NCBI GenBank assembly: GCA_965223265.1
Contig: OZ244999.1
Span: 1,184,001-1,248,000, forward strand
Length of the DNA stretch: 64,000 bases
Direction of reading: 5' to 3'
Source of the DNA: Planctomycetota bacterium
Lineage (GTDB): Bacteria; Planctomycetota; UBA8108; SXIK01
The notes below the pieces were generated by a model that saw only the letters and a list, made by a program, of their open reading frames with translations, had not been told where the DNA came from and ran no database searches. A program made the translations under genes and the position numbers. Each line of letters opens with the position of its first letter. Positions within the stretch are counted from its first letter, which is position 1. Positions 21,901 to 31,607 of this stretch are shown piece by piece.

Positions 21901-21986
21901 ACGAGGCTGGCGCGCATCGCACCGGCGGACAAAGGGGTCGTCGCGGAGATACGGCTTCGCCTCCTCGAGGCAGCGTTAAAGAGTGA
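18915..21986 (+). CDS. M56 (BlaR1-like) membrane metallopeptidase with a long unrecognised C-terminal region
   Basis: 'GWALVHFLWQG', 'HELAHVRRHDY', 'FYHPAVHW', 'ERENCCDD'; coupled to blaI. Confidence 0.9.
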   Translation: MGELHDLLSRPVFQRVGWALVHFLWQGAVLGSLVAFGLLCLRQRSANLRYLVACAGLLVAAVCPVVTMMCVDPRPAPANVEELPLPIAGSDPFGEPFSLTTVGGRSSVVRSKETSVEPQPGLSPSAPVPTHSAAATPPPRKDWRLAIDRVLRTNLPWFVVVWFLGVLVLAVRLLAGWLEIRRIARTATLTGCEPWLPVVRRLSKQLGVSRPVRLVKTTAAAVPMVVGWLRPVILLPVAVLSGLAPTQLELILAHELAHVRRHDYVVNLLQVVMETLLFYHPAVHWLSRQIRIERENCCDDVAVAACGSAKGYARALAELADLASNGAEPNTGAAVAATDGSLLDRTRRLLGLRADDRKTRVWRGAGAVALLLVSVLVAGIVLTAEGEGVPGRVSGDPSTIILQGVRADGDAQLYDPGGMPIEARRDVWSGPVIFAPSSWDVDEQRRDFLFQVSTSDEPISFLPWARVYAAGTESRVGGGWRPQFGAGDGGAKMVLPCIIDRTFTKRIATIPLRGESVDVEVPVQRVDVTLRYYQGPPDPAAIRFAGPFRAGVVTRPVDGSAYEFTPQPQRPWMDKSVRFHLSTKLAFDSKTVVLVYDTSGQRHLLESAGGSFGDRGAECGFKTEELPLDSIAFVTIGEEPRERTFHDVVITYSDRPASEFAPHLEAMAERLGRTNLTAQQLAENEIRSAREALQVIDLVRGSEIWHSAQTILNPHGIDLDNLEPEVEERLRRTCRAWLQADDPVVRSCGVAIGLRRNWPEFVAPAVELLRHPSERARGKSAEELYRYRQPLAAEEICELADVLLANKDPQVHGPALRHLLSRKTPASTAACWELARTADHQAWLWLPAIRKLNSWGELKKAPLSEQLRIRRDLAFRVNSSESLGDEKTRALLLKLLTPDLQAIDQSVWSSILHVAVQEIDRKRVTAAMIDFLRGVTNYKRAWRAIDRIARQINLWHDVDIGHLGKDVSRETLDLNLPWPTIAADAVQWYETAPRPDEAGAHRTGGQRGRRGDTASPPRGSVKE

Positions 21987-22050
21987 CAACCCACGGTAGG
22001 CCTCTATGGGCCATGGACGCATTGCGCGCCCCGTGGCTCCGTCCGCGCAA

Positions 22051-23394
22051 TCAGCCGACGAGATCCAGACGGCCGGTGCTGTCTCCCAACTGGTCGGTGG
22101 GAGCGCCGACGCGGTCCAACATCGACAGGTAGAGGTTGGTCAGCGGTGTACCTTGTTCATAGCGCACGTGCCGACCCGTGTTGATGGTGCCGCCAGCGTT
22201 GCCCGCAACCAAAATCGGCAAGTCCATGGGATCGTGAGCGTTGCCATCACCGAAGGCGCATCCGTACAGGATCATCGAGTTGTCAAGCAACGTGGCGTCC
22301 GCTTCCTGGACTGACTTTAGCTTCTTGAGGAAGTACGCCAGGTTCGTCATGAAGTGGCGGTTGATGCGGCTGAGCTTGGCGTGCTTCTTCGTGTCGCCGA
22401 TGTGATGCGACAGGTTGTGGTGTCCCTCGGAAATGCCGATCTGCGGATAGGGCCGATTGTCACTGCCGTTACCGATCATGAACGAGATCGTGCGCGTCGA
22501 ATCCGTCTGAAACGCCAGCACCATCATGTCCATCATGAGGCGAACGTGTTCATCCGAATCCCCTGGCACACCAGCTGGGCGAATGGAATCGACACTGCTC
22601 TCGATTTCACCGGACTCTTCCAACTTCGCCACTCGGCGTTCGATCTCACGCACGGCATATAGGTACTCGTCCAGCTTGCGCCGGTCGTTGATTCCCAGGC
22701 GGCGGTGCAGAGCTCGGCCTTCCTCGGCGACGAAGTCCAGAAGGCTCTGTTTTCTCTGGTCGCGTTTGTAGCCGCTCTCACGCTCCTCTCGCTTGATGCG
22801 ATTGCCGAACAAGCGATCGAACACGGCTCGCGGGTTGACCGCCTTGGGCAGCGGCGATGTTTCGGTCCGCCACGAGATGTGCGTTGTGTACACGCAGCTG
22901 AACCCTGCGTCGCAGTCGCCCGAGTACTTGCTGGGGATACAGCCGAGCTCGAGCGACGGAAAGCGAGTGTGGTGGCCGATTTCGCGCGCGGCGACTTGGT
23001 CGACCGATACGCCGTTACGTAGATCCGTGCCCAAGGTCCGTCTCGGCAAAGTGCCCGTGAGAAACTGACCAACCGTGCAGGAGTGCCCACCGCAGCCTTG
23101 CGCCTTGGCAGTCGTCAGCGCCAGACCGCTGGGCAAAAAGATGTCCGACTTGAAAGCATCGAGCGGTTCAAGGATCGGAGGTAATTTGTCAAGGCGCCCT
23201 TCGTCCTGCGGTGTCCAGTGCGGCATGTGTTTGCCGTTCGGAGCAAAGACGAAAGCCATCCGGACCGGCGGCTTATCGTCGGAGGTCTTGGCCGCAGCGC
23301 GCGCAACGCGAGGCATCATACTCTCGAGGAGCGGAAGCGCCATCGCAGTGCCCAATCCCCGTAAGACGGCTCGCCGAGAGATTTGCTGATTCAC
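22051..23394 (-). CDS. DUF1552 family protein
   Basis: 'SRRAVLRGLG..LPLLESM', 'SVDQVAA', 'SLELG', 'HHNLSHH'; downstream of a DUF1592 gene. Confidence 0.9.
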   Translation of the reverse strand: MNQQISRRAVLRGLGTAMALPLLESMMPRVARAAAKTSDDKPPVRMAFVFAPNGKHMPHWTPQDEGRLDKLPPILEPLDAFKSDIFLPSGLALTTAKAQGCGGHSCTVGQFLTGTLPRRTLGTDLRNGVSVDQVAAREIGHHTRFPSLELGCIPSKYSGDCDAGFSCVYTTHISWRTETSPLPKAVNPRAVFDRLFGNRIKREERESGYKRDQRKQSLLDFVAEEGRALHRRLGINDRRKLDEYLYAVREIERRVAKLEESGEIESSVDSIRPAGVPGDSDEHVRLMMDMMVLAFQTDSTRTISFMIGNGSDNRPYPQIGISEGHHNLSHHIGDTKKHAKLSRINRHFMTNLAYFLKKLKSVQEADATLLDNSMILYGCAFGDGNAHDPMDLPILVAGNAGGTINTGRHVRYEQGTPLTNLYLSMLDRVGAPTDQLGDSTGRLDLVG

Positions 23395-26210
23395 GAGTCG
23401 CTCCTTTGCCGGCCACGGCGTTTTTGGAAGGGGGCGCTCTCTACGATCTCAGTAACGAGGATCGAAAACTTGTAGTCGTGTTCCGACAGCGTCTTTGAGA
23501 GCTGTTCTACGGTACAGCGGTCGAAGTACTCGAGCTCGCGGCCCAGCGCATAGCTTAGCATTTTTTCGACAAGACAGACAACGAACCTATCCCTGCGGTG
23601 TGTACTGAGGACGGTTTTGAGCTCCCCGGGACCCTGAAACGAATGCCCGTCCGGCAGCACGCCCGATGGGTCAATGGGGAACTTCCCCTCGTGCGTCCGC
23701 CAGCGTCCGATCGCATCGAAGTTCTCGAGCGCAAATCCGAGGCTGTCCATCTGCTCGTGACACACCGCGCACCTCGGGTTCTCACGGTGTTGCTCCATCC
23801 GCTTTCGTAGCGACTCAGATGTCGCAGACTTGCGGTCTTCCACAAGCTCTGACACACCGGGCGGCGGCGCCGGCGGCGGTGTTCCCAGGATGTTTTCCAT
23901 GATCCACTTGCCACGTTTCACCGGTGAAGTGCGATCCGGATTGGAGGTCAGGGTGAGCACGCTCGCCTGCGTGATGACACCGCCGCGGTGCGCTGCGCCA
24001 AGAGACACGCGCGCGAACTCGCTGCCGCGGAACTCGGGAAGGACGATGTCAGGACTACCCCCTTCGACGAGACCGGCGAGATCATAGTGACGCGCCAGAC
24101 GGTCGTTGACGAACGTGAAGTCTGCATCGATGAACTGCAAGACACTGCGATCTTCTTGCAGGATCGCCGCGAAGAATAGCTCCGATTCGGTCCTCATCGC
24201 CTGGCGGAGTTCGTCATCGAATTCCGGGAAGAGTTGTTGGTCGGGCGCGATCGTTTGCAGCTTCGGGAGCTGTAGCCAAACGTGCCCGCCGAAGTCTTCA
24301 ACGAGAGCCTGGGACTTCGGATCCTTGAGCATCCTGGCCACCTGGCTCTGGATGTTCTCTCGCAGTGTTTCCTGCCGCGCATGTTCGAGGAGCTCTTGGT
24401 CGGGCATGCTGCTCCACAGGAAGTAGCTCATACGTGTGGCGAGTTCGTACTCGTTCAGCGATCGCACGGCCGCGGGGTCGTTCGGCTTCGGGTCCGCTTC
24501 CACTTTGAACAGAAAGTGCGGTGAGACGAGGATGACCTGGAGCGCGAGTTCGATCGTCTCGTCGAAGCTGCTACCCTGCTCGTGCGCTCGGTCGACGACG
24601 AGCCGTAGAATCCGCTCCAGTTCCAAATCGGAGGCGGGGCGTCGAAAGGCTCGAAGCATCAGCTTCTCAATGATCTCGCGGGCCGCCTCTCCGCGGGACA
24701 CTTGTTCGTTCGGTCGCGTGACGAAGACTCGAGGAGAACCATCGCGTGCGCCGCGCTGATCGTTGGCGAGCGCCTTGCTCGCGATCTCTTCTGCTGCGTC
24801 GAGATAATTCTCCATCAGCAGCGGCGGGAGCGAGAGCGCATCGCCGGTGGCACCCGTGTCGTCGGCGGGGAAATCGTCGGCCGCCTTGAAGTCAACTCCC
24901 AGGAGATCGCGAACGGTATTCTTGTATTCGCTTCGCGTCAACCGGCGGAGGGGTTCATGCCCCGGGTCGCTTGGGCCGCTGCAGTCGAGCTCTGAGAGCG
25001 TTGAGTCGATCCACTGGGTGAGGAACTCGACTTCGGCGTCTTCGGGCTGTTTTTCGTCTTCGGGAGGCATGGCGCGAGCCACCAACTGGCCCCAGATGCG
25101 CTTCCACTCAGGGCGTCCCGTCGTCGTGACCTGTGAGAGATGCTCGAACCGATCGATGGCCAGATCTCCCGCCGGTGCCTCACCGCCATGACACTCGACG
25201 CAATAGGTCGCAAGCAGCGGCCGCACTTGAGTCTGAAACGCGATTTCTCTCTCGCTCAGTTCCTTCTCGACCTCGCTTGCTGAAGCTTCCGTCTTCTCCG
25301 CCCTCTTCGCGATCGGGTCTGATCCAGCTTGTCGCATGACCACCCGGAAACCGCGGCTTTGGTAGCGACGCACCGGCAGCACGTTGTAGCGGTACCTTGA
25401 GCGGCAATTCATCGCATCGCTTCCCCAACTGCCACCGCGGACGACGCGGTCGCTGCTGCCTGCCACGTCAAAAGGATCGTCCGTCGGTGAGCCTTTGTAG
25501 TAGTCTCCGTGGTACCAATCGCCACACCATTCCCAGACGTTTCCGTGCATGTCGAACAGGCCGAAAGCGTTTGGTTCGTAGGATCCCACCTCGGTCGGCC
25601 GTCCCACAAACGGCCCTTTGTCAGCGCCCGGCGAGGGAAACTGGCCGTTGAAGTTGGCCTGGGCCGATGACAGTGAGTTCCCAAAGTGAAAGACCGTCGT
25701 TGTGCCCGCGCGGCAGGCGTACTCCCACTCGGCCTCCGTCGGCAATCGGTAGACGCGCCCTTCTGTTTTCTCGCGCGGTAGGGATGACAGTTTCTTGCAA
25801 AAGGCATCTGCGTCTTCCCAGCGGATGTACTCGACAGGGAAGCGCTTCGTATCGAGGCCGACCACCTCCTCCGCTGCTCTGCCTTTCGCGGAGAAGTAAC
25901 TGGGGTTGACCCCCATGACTTTCTCGTACTCTTCCTGGGTGACTTCATAGACACCGATGTGGAAAGGCTCGGTGATGTTCACCCGGTGCTGAGGCTTCTC
26001 ATCGTCGTTGGCCTCCGCGTCGCTTTCGGGCGAACCCATGAGAAACTCGCCTGCCGGAATTGCGGCCAACTTCATACCGATCGAGTTTGTCATGATCGCC
26101 GCGGGCGTGATCGCAGGAGCCTCCTCCGCGCGTGCTGGATCGTGACAGACAGCGATCGACAGCGCGAACAGCGTCGCGGTGAGCCCTAGCGATCGACGGG
26201 TGTTGTTCAT
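23391..26210 (-). CDS. Fusion of an FGE-sulfatase (SUMF1) domain with a cytochrome c / DUF1587-1595-1592-1588-1585 protein
   Basis: 'RLPTEAEWEYACRAG', 'DMHGNVWEWC'; CVECH; 'RRLTRSEY', 'SYFLWSSMPD', 'RTSPVKRGKW', CAVCH. Confidence 0.88.
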   Translation of the reverse strand: MNNTRRSLGLTATLFALSIAVCHDPARAEEAPAITPAAIMTNSIGMKLAAIPAGEFLMGSPESDAEANDDEKPQHRVNITEPFHIGVYEVTQEEYEKVMGVNPSYFSAKGRAAEEVVGLDTKRFPVEYIRWEDADAFCKKLSSLPREKTEGRVYRLPTEAEWEYACRAGTTTVFHFGNSLSSAQANFNGQFPSPGADKGPFVGRPTEVGSYEPNAFGLFDMHGNVWEWCGDWYHGDYYKGSPTDDPFDVAGSSDRVVRGGSWGSDAMNCRSRYRYNVLPVRRYQSRGFRVVMRQAGSDPIAKRAEKTEASASEVEKELSEREIAFQTQVRPLLATYCVECHGGEAPAGDLAIDRFEHLSQVTTTGRPEWKRIWGQLVARAMPPEDEKQPEDAEVEFLTQWIDSTLSELDCSGPSDPGHEPLRRLTRSEYKNTVRDLLGVDFKAADDFPADDTGATGDALSLPPLLMENYLDAAEEIASKALANDQRGARDGSPRVFVTRPNEQVSRGEAAREIIEKLMLRAFRRPASDLELERILRLVVDRAHEQGSSFDETIELALQVILVSPHFLFKVEADPKPNDPAAVRSLNEYELATRMSYFLWSSMPDQELLEHARQETLRENIQSQVARMLKDPKSQALVEDFGGHVWLQLPKLQTIAPDQQLFPEFDDELRQAMRTESELFFAAILQEDRSVLQFIDADFTFVNDRLARHYDLAGLVEGGSPDIVLPEFRGSEFARVSLGAAHRGGVITQASVLTLTSNPDRTSPVKRGKWIMENILGTPPPAPPPGVSELVEDRKSATSESLRKRMEQHRENPRCAVCHEQMDSLGFALENFDAIGRWRTHEGKFPIDPSGVLPDGHSFQGPGELKTVLSTHRRDRFVVCLVEKMLSYALGRELEYFDRCTVEQLSKTLSEHDYKFSILVTEIVESAPFQKRRGRQRSDS

Positions 26211-26435
26211 GGCCGGCTCCAGAGAAACGATGAAATCTCCGACCAGTATACCCAGGCTGCACGGGCAGGAGTATGCTGCTTCACGGCTTGAGCGTCGGCG
26301 TCCCGTTCCGTGCGTTGGCGTTTGGAATCTGGTGACGCGAAGCACTCCAGATCGCCCTGCCTCGACTGCACGGATTGCTCTCCTACCTCGCCTGCGAAGC
26401 CGCGCCGATCATCGTTTCGCTACTGTTGCCCAACA

Positions 26436-29400
26436 CTATTTCCCGGCTTGAACTCCATCGTCTGAGGGTCGGATCTCGATGGCAGAGACGCTCGCCAGCC
26501 AGTTCGCGGGCCGAAGTACGATGTTGAGTGATCCGTCGTCGACCTCGACTCGATACGTCTTTGTATGAGCGACACGCATTCCCGCTGACAGCGGCTCGTA
26601 GGCTGCCTCGACGATCTTGCCTTCGAGCTCGATGTCGAAACGACACGGATGCGGATTCAAACCCGTTTCCAGGAAATAGAGAGACACGTCATACTCGCCG
26701 CAGGGCAGCGGGATGCGGTAGCCGGGCTTCAACCAGTAGTCTTGGAAGAAAAACCGCAAGCTCGCAAAGAGCCAGGGATCTTCCGTTCCCTCAATCGGCG
26801 GAAAGAAGCGCCAGTCACTCCGCCCGCCGTCCGCGAAGCCGTCTCCGCGTTCCCAGATGCGGCCCTCGGAGTCTTCGTACCTTCCGCGTCCACAGTTGAG
26901 GCGGAGAGCCCCATCCTCTCTGAGCTTGTTCAGAATCCTCTCGACCTCGCGCGCAGAGGCGCTCTTATGTTCCGCGGCCAAGATCGGACGCCTTAAGAGT
27001 GCTTCGGCGGACCAGGTGCGATCCGCTGTGGCGGTCGCAAGCCATGTCTCCCAGACGACCAAAGACTCCTTCGGGTGCTTCAGGACGTAGCGCTCAAGAC
27101 ACGCGAGCGCCTCATCGCCGCGGCCAGCTTTCATAAGAACTTTAGCCAGTCGGACGTGTGCTGCTTCATCTTCAAGGTCGAACTCGTCGAGGAGAGTCTC
27201 GAGCTGTTTGCCGGCCGCGACGACGTTCCCGGCCTGCTCGAGAAGACGAGCTTCAAGGTACGCCGTCAAGTGCGGATCCTGCAGGGTGAGGCTTTCACGG
27301 ACTTCTCTGAACGCGTGACTCCTTGGCGCGAGGGCGAGCCTGTCGACAAAGGCGTCGACGGATCGGCAGGAGGCCATTCGGGGGAACAGCGCTATTCGGT
27401 AGGTGGTCAGTTGTTCAGAAAGTCCTCGGTGGCGCTGGCCGCACTCTAGCCCCGACTCGACGGCGCGCACGGCTTCCGAAAGTTCACCTCGTGCGAAGTG
27501 CACTTCGGCTAAGCGACTGAACGCTTCAGCTCTGTAACTGAGGGGCGATCGGTCCACTGCCGCCCGGGCGAGCTCCAGCGCCTCGTCCAGATCCGGTTGC
27601 CGCCGGTAGAGCGCTGCCAGCGCGTGGAATCCAAGCCCGCGGCTGCGAATCACTCCACGATTCGCCGCAAGCTGAAACGTCTCGCTCAGCCGATCCCAGT
27701 GCCCGGCGAAATCTTCCTTGGTCGACAGGGCATAAATCTCACTGAGAGTCCGGCCGCCGCGACCGCGGAAAAGAGCCAACGCCTCGACTGCGTCCGACAC
27801 GGCACCGTCCATGTCGTTCGTCCGTGATCGTATGAAAGCGCGTGCGTCATAGATACCTCCGTTTCGCGGACTCCTCGCGATCGCGCGGTCAAGAGAAGCG
27901 AGCGCCTCCTGAGTTTCACCGAGACGGTAGTGACACCACGCGGAGGCGATCAACGCACGTCGATCTTTGGGTTTCCGACGCACGCGAGCAAGGAGCTCTT
28001 CAAGGCGACCACGGCGGTAAGCCACTGGACCGTCTAGCAATGCAGTCAGGGCGCGGTCCCCTGGAAACTCTTGGAGGCCCTGGCGCAATAGCTGCTCCGC
28101 TTGGTCAATTCGTTGTCTTTCGATGGAAGAGAAAGCCATGGCCACATAGATCGCGGGCTCGCGGGTCCCCGCTTCCAAGGCCACACGGCCGGACTCGATG
28201 GCCTCTCTGTGTCTTCCTGCCCGGTGAAGAAACGTCGCCTCCATGCGTAACCTTGTCGATGAAGGGAGCGATGCGACGAGTGAGAGTGCGTACTCTTTGT
28301 CACCGCGCTGAAGGCACACGTCCAGCACAGCGAGAGCGTCGTTCGGCGCTGAAAACCCGGCGAGTGTCTCCTCAAGCGTACGGCGCGCCTCCTCTGGCGC
28401 TTCGAGTTGGTAGTACTGCTCGGCAACCAGGAGATGCGTCGCGATGACGTCGGGCGCCATCCTCCGCGCCTCGAGAAAGTCCTCCAGAGCCGCCAGGTGT
28501 CGGCCCAGCCGCACGCGGACTCGACCTCGCTTGAGGAGATGCTCGAAGCGGAACCCACGATAGGGTTCCACAGTCGCGCTTTGATCGAGGAGCTCACCAC
28601 AGAGACGCTCCAACTCCTCCCAGTTTGATTCGAGCGCAGTGAGGTGGCTCTCGATCCAGAGCCGCTGCCAGCGGGCGTCGACACCACGGAGAAGCGTCTC
28701 GAAAGAGTCCCGCGTCGCGTCACCCTCCACCGCACGACCAACGTGGCGCGCTTTGTGGACGAGGGCCGGAATGAAGAACGGCGAACTCTGTAGAGCATGG
28801 TCAAGCGCTGAGAGCGCAGCGTCTTCTTCGCCGAGAGTCAGCCAGCCCCGGCTGAGGTGCAGCCACGCTTCCGGACGATCTGGGCGGACCTCGGCCGCCT
28901 CCTCCAGGCGCGCGACCGCAGACTCATGAATTGAGGTCTGAGGAACCCGCTCGCCGAACCATCCGCTCAGTCGAAACGAATCAGCGAGTCCCAAAGAGAG
29001 CTTCTCCCCCTCGTCGAGCTCGCCGGGCACGCTCTCGAAGCCGATCTCCAACCCCGCCATGCCCTCAACGAGCAGACGATCGTAACGCCAGTCTCGTTCC
29101 TGCACCGCTTGCCGCCAGAACGACAGGAGAGTCGTCGCTCCGAGGACAAAGACAGCCAGGGAGAGCGCGATGAGAGTGACGCGCATGCGATTCTGAACGA
29201 AGCGTCGTCGCATGGCGTCAAATCTGGACGGCGGTCGCGCTTCAATGACATCCCCGCGCACAAACCGCTGAAGATCCTGTGTCAGCGCCTCGGCGGTACC
29301 ATACCGGTCGCGTGCACTCTTGCAGAGACACTTGAGCACGATCGTCTCGAGGTCTTTCGGTATCCCCGGACTCAACCGACTTGGGGATGTCGGTTCCCGT

Positions 29401-30704
29401 TCAGTGACGGCGTCTGCGACAGCGTGTCAGCGTGATTCTTGCCGTGAAACGGTGGATGGCCGGTCACGGTCTCGTACATCACCGCGCCGACCGAGTACAC
29501 GTCCGTACGGTGGTCGATGGGGATCCTCTTTGCCTGGGCCTGCTCCGGGCTCATGTAGGATGGCGTGCCGACGATCTCGCCGGTGATCGTTAGACTCTCC
29601 TGGCCCTCCAGTCGAGCGAGTCCGAAGTCGAGGACGCGTAGGCGGCAGCCGTGGCTTCCGGCGTCGTCCGCCTTGGCGCTGCCTCCACCTGCTTCGAGGT
29701 TCACCCTTCCGTCGAGTTCGGGATCGAGGACTATGTTGGAGGGTTTGATGTCGCGGTGGACAACACCCTTGGAGTGCGCATGCTGGAGCCCATCGCTTAC
29801 GTCGGCGAACGCCGCTGCTATGGAACGGTAGAAGCGAAGATCGTTCTTCGGACCAAACTCGGTCTCTGCGCCGGGCACCGCTTCTCGAATCGTCGTGAGG
29901 ACCTGCGCCAGCGTCTGCCCCTCGACGTACTCCATGCTGTAGTACGGTGTATCAGTTTCGACCCCCATGCCGTACACTGGAACTATATTCGCGTGACTCA
30001 GCCGGGCGGCAGTTTTTGCCTCACGCACAAAACGTGTCATGGCTTTGGTGTCCGCCGCGAAACCGGGTGGAAGTACTTTTACCGCTACCCGCCGATCCAC
30101 CGAGTTTTGCCAAGCCTCGTACACGACCCCCATGCCACCGCGTCCGACTTCACGGCGCAGTGTGTAGTCTCCCAGTCGCCCGCGAGCGGGCGGCGTAGGG
30201 CTGCTGCCCCTCGACGTACTCCATGCTGTAGTACGGTGTATCAGTTTCGACCCCCATGCCGTACACTGGAACTATATTCGCGTGACTCAGCCGGGCGGCA
30301 GTTTTTGCCTCACGCACAAAACGTGTCATGGCTTTGGTGTCCGCCGCGAAACCGGGTGGAAGTACTTTTACCGCTACCCGCCGATCCACCGAGTTTTGCC
30401 AAGCCTCGTACACGACCCCCATGCCACCGCGTCCGACTTCACGGCGCAGTGTGTAGTCTCCCAGTCGCCCGCGAGCGGGCGGCGTAGGGCTGCTTCCGTT
30501 CAAGCGCTCAAACGTTCGAAGGCGTTTGACGATCTGGGGGCCGAGGTGCGGCTCTTCTGCCAAGAGCCGTTGGTCGTCGATCGACTCTCCCGCGCTCAGA
30601 CGGTCGACGTAGACGGCGACCAACTCCGCCAGACGGCGGTCGTCCTGGCGATCGTCGATGCGACCCTCGTCCCCGGTCCCAAGAGAGGATCGCTCACTGG
30701 CCAT
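26436..30704 (-). pseudogene. Ser/Thr protein kinase + TM + TPR repeats + malectin-like domain, disrupted by a 289-bp duplication and a frameshift near 29413
   Basis: 'GRGGMGVVY', 'VAVK', 'HRDIKPSN', 'DFGLAR', 'GTPSYMSPEQ' spread over three ORFs; C-terminal 'YDVSLYFLE..RFDIELEG..VSAIEI'. Confidence 0.82.
29915..30492. repeat. Tandem duplication of 289 bp (29915-30203 and 30204-30492)
   Basis: Both copies run from CTGCCCCTCGACGTAC to GGCGTAGGGCTG; no differences seen by eye. Confidence 0.93.
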
Positions 30705-31311
30705 GGCGCTCTCCTTCCTGAACATCGAGCCGGCGGTCCGGCAAGTGTAGGCTGTCGGTATCCCCGAAGGCGTGCTTGAGCCGATCGAGAGCCCGCAGTA
30801 GCTGCTGCGACACCGCAGCCGGACTGCGGCCGGTTCGCCGCGCGATCTCCTTGACGGGGACTCGCTCGATTCTTGCCATCAGGATCACCTGGCGGTGTTC
30901 GGGGCTGAGGGCATTGAGCGCAGTCTCCAGCCGGTCGAATCGCTCCTCGCGGCGCAGCCCTTGGCTTGGCGTGGCTTGCGGCGCCGAGACTTCCTTATCC
31001 AGGTGCACTTCCCCTCTTCGTTTTCTCAGGCTGGCCGCTTCGCGGAGAACGTTGAGCGCGATCCCGCAGAGCCAACCAAAGACCGCCCTCTCGTCCTTCC
31101 ACTCGACCCGCGCGAGTCCTCTAAACGCCCGGCAAGAGGTTTCCTGGAGGACGTCGTGCGCATCGACCAGCGGCTGCAACGCTTCACCGAGGCGCGAGCG
31201 AACGAATGCGCGCAGACGCGCGTCGTACTGACCTAAGAGCTCGTCGACCGCGGCACGGTCGCCGCGCTGCGCCTTCCTGAGTAGAGCTTGCATGGGTTGC
31301 TCGGAGGTCAT
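30694..31311 (-). CDS. ECF sigma-70 factor, planctomycete type associated with a kinase
   Basis: 'DAHDVLQE', 'FGWLCGIA.N', region 4 'LSPEHRQVI..KEIA'; overlaps the kinase start. Confidence 0.9.
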   Translation of the reverse strand: MTSEQPMQALLRKAQRGDRAAVDELLGQYDARLRAFVRSRLGEALQPLVDAHDVLQETSCRAFRGLARVEWKDERAVFGWLCGIALNVLREAASLRKRRGEVHLDKEVSAPQATPSQGLRREERFDRLETALNALSPEHRQVILMARIERVPVKEIARRTGRSPAAVSQQLLRALDRLKHAFGDTDSLHLPDRRLDVQEGERHGQ

Positions 31312-31607
31312 TCTTCACGCTCCGCAAGGTAATGAAAGAGCGCCGCGACATCTAACGCGAAAAAATTGAGAGATTTGACGTCACCGATCGACTCGATGAT
31401 ATCTCGGCAGCAGCCCATCAACACGACGTTTCACGTGCTGACGGAGGCCGTAGGTCTCTCAGCTGCGGATTCCGCGAACGCTTCTTTTCGAAATGCTGCG
31501 TTGGATTCCGCCGCGCTGATTCATGACTCAGCGGAACGAAAGCCAAACATGGCTTTCGCGATGCGATCCGATGTCATTGTTTACCTGGAGACACAGGAGC
31601 CGAACCG

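Noticed and set aside
25330-26090. FGE-sulfatase domain, or the 8949/11896 repeat pair, as part of a diversity-generating retroelement
   Set aside because: No reverse transcriptase and no template repeat for the FGE domain in the window; the 90-bp repeat differences are not adenine-specific.
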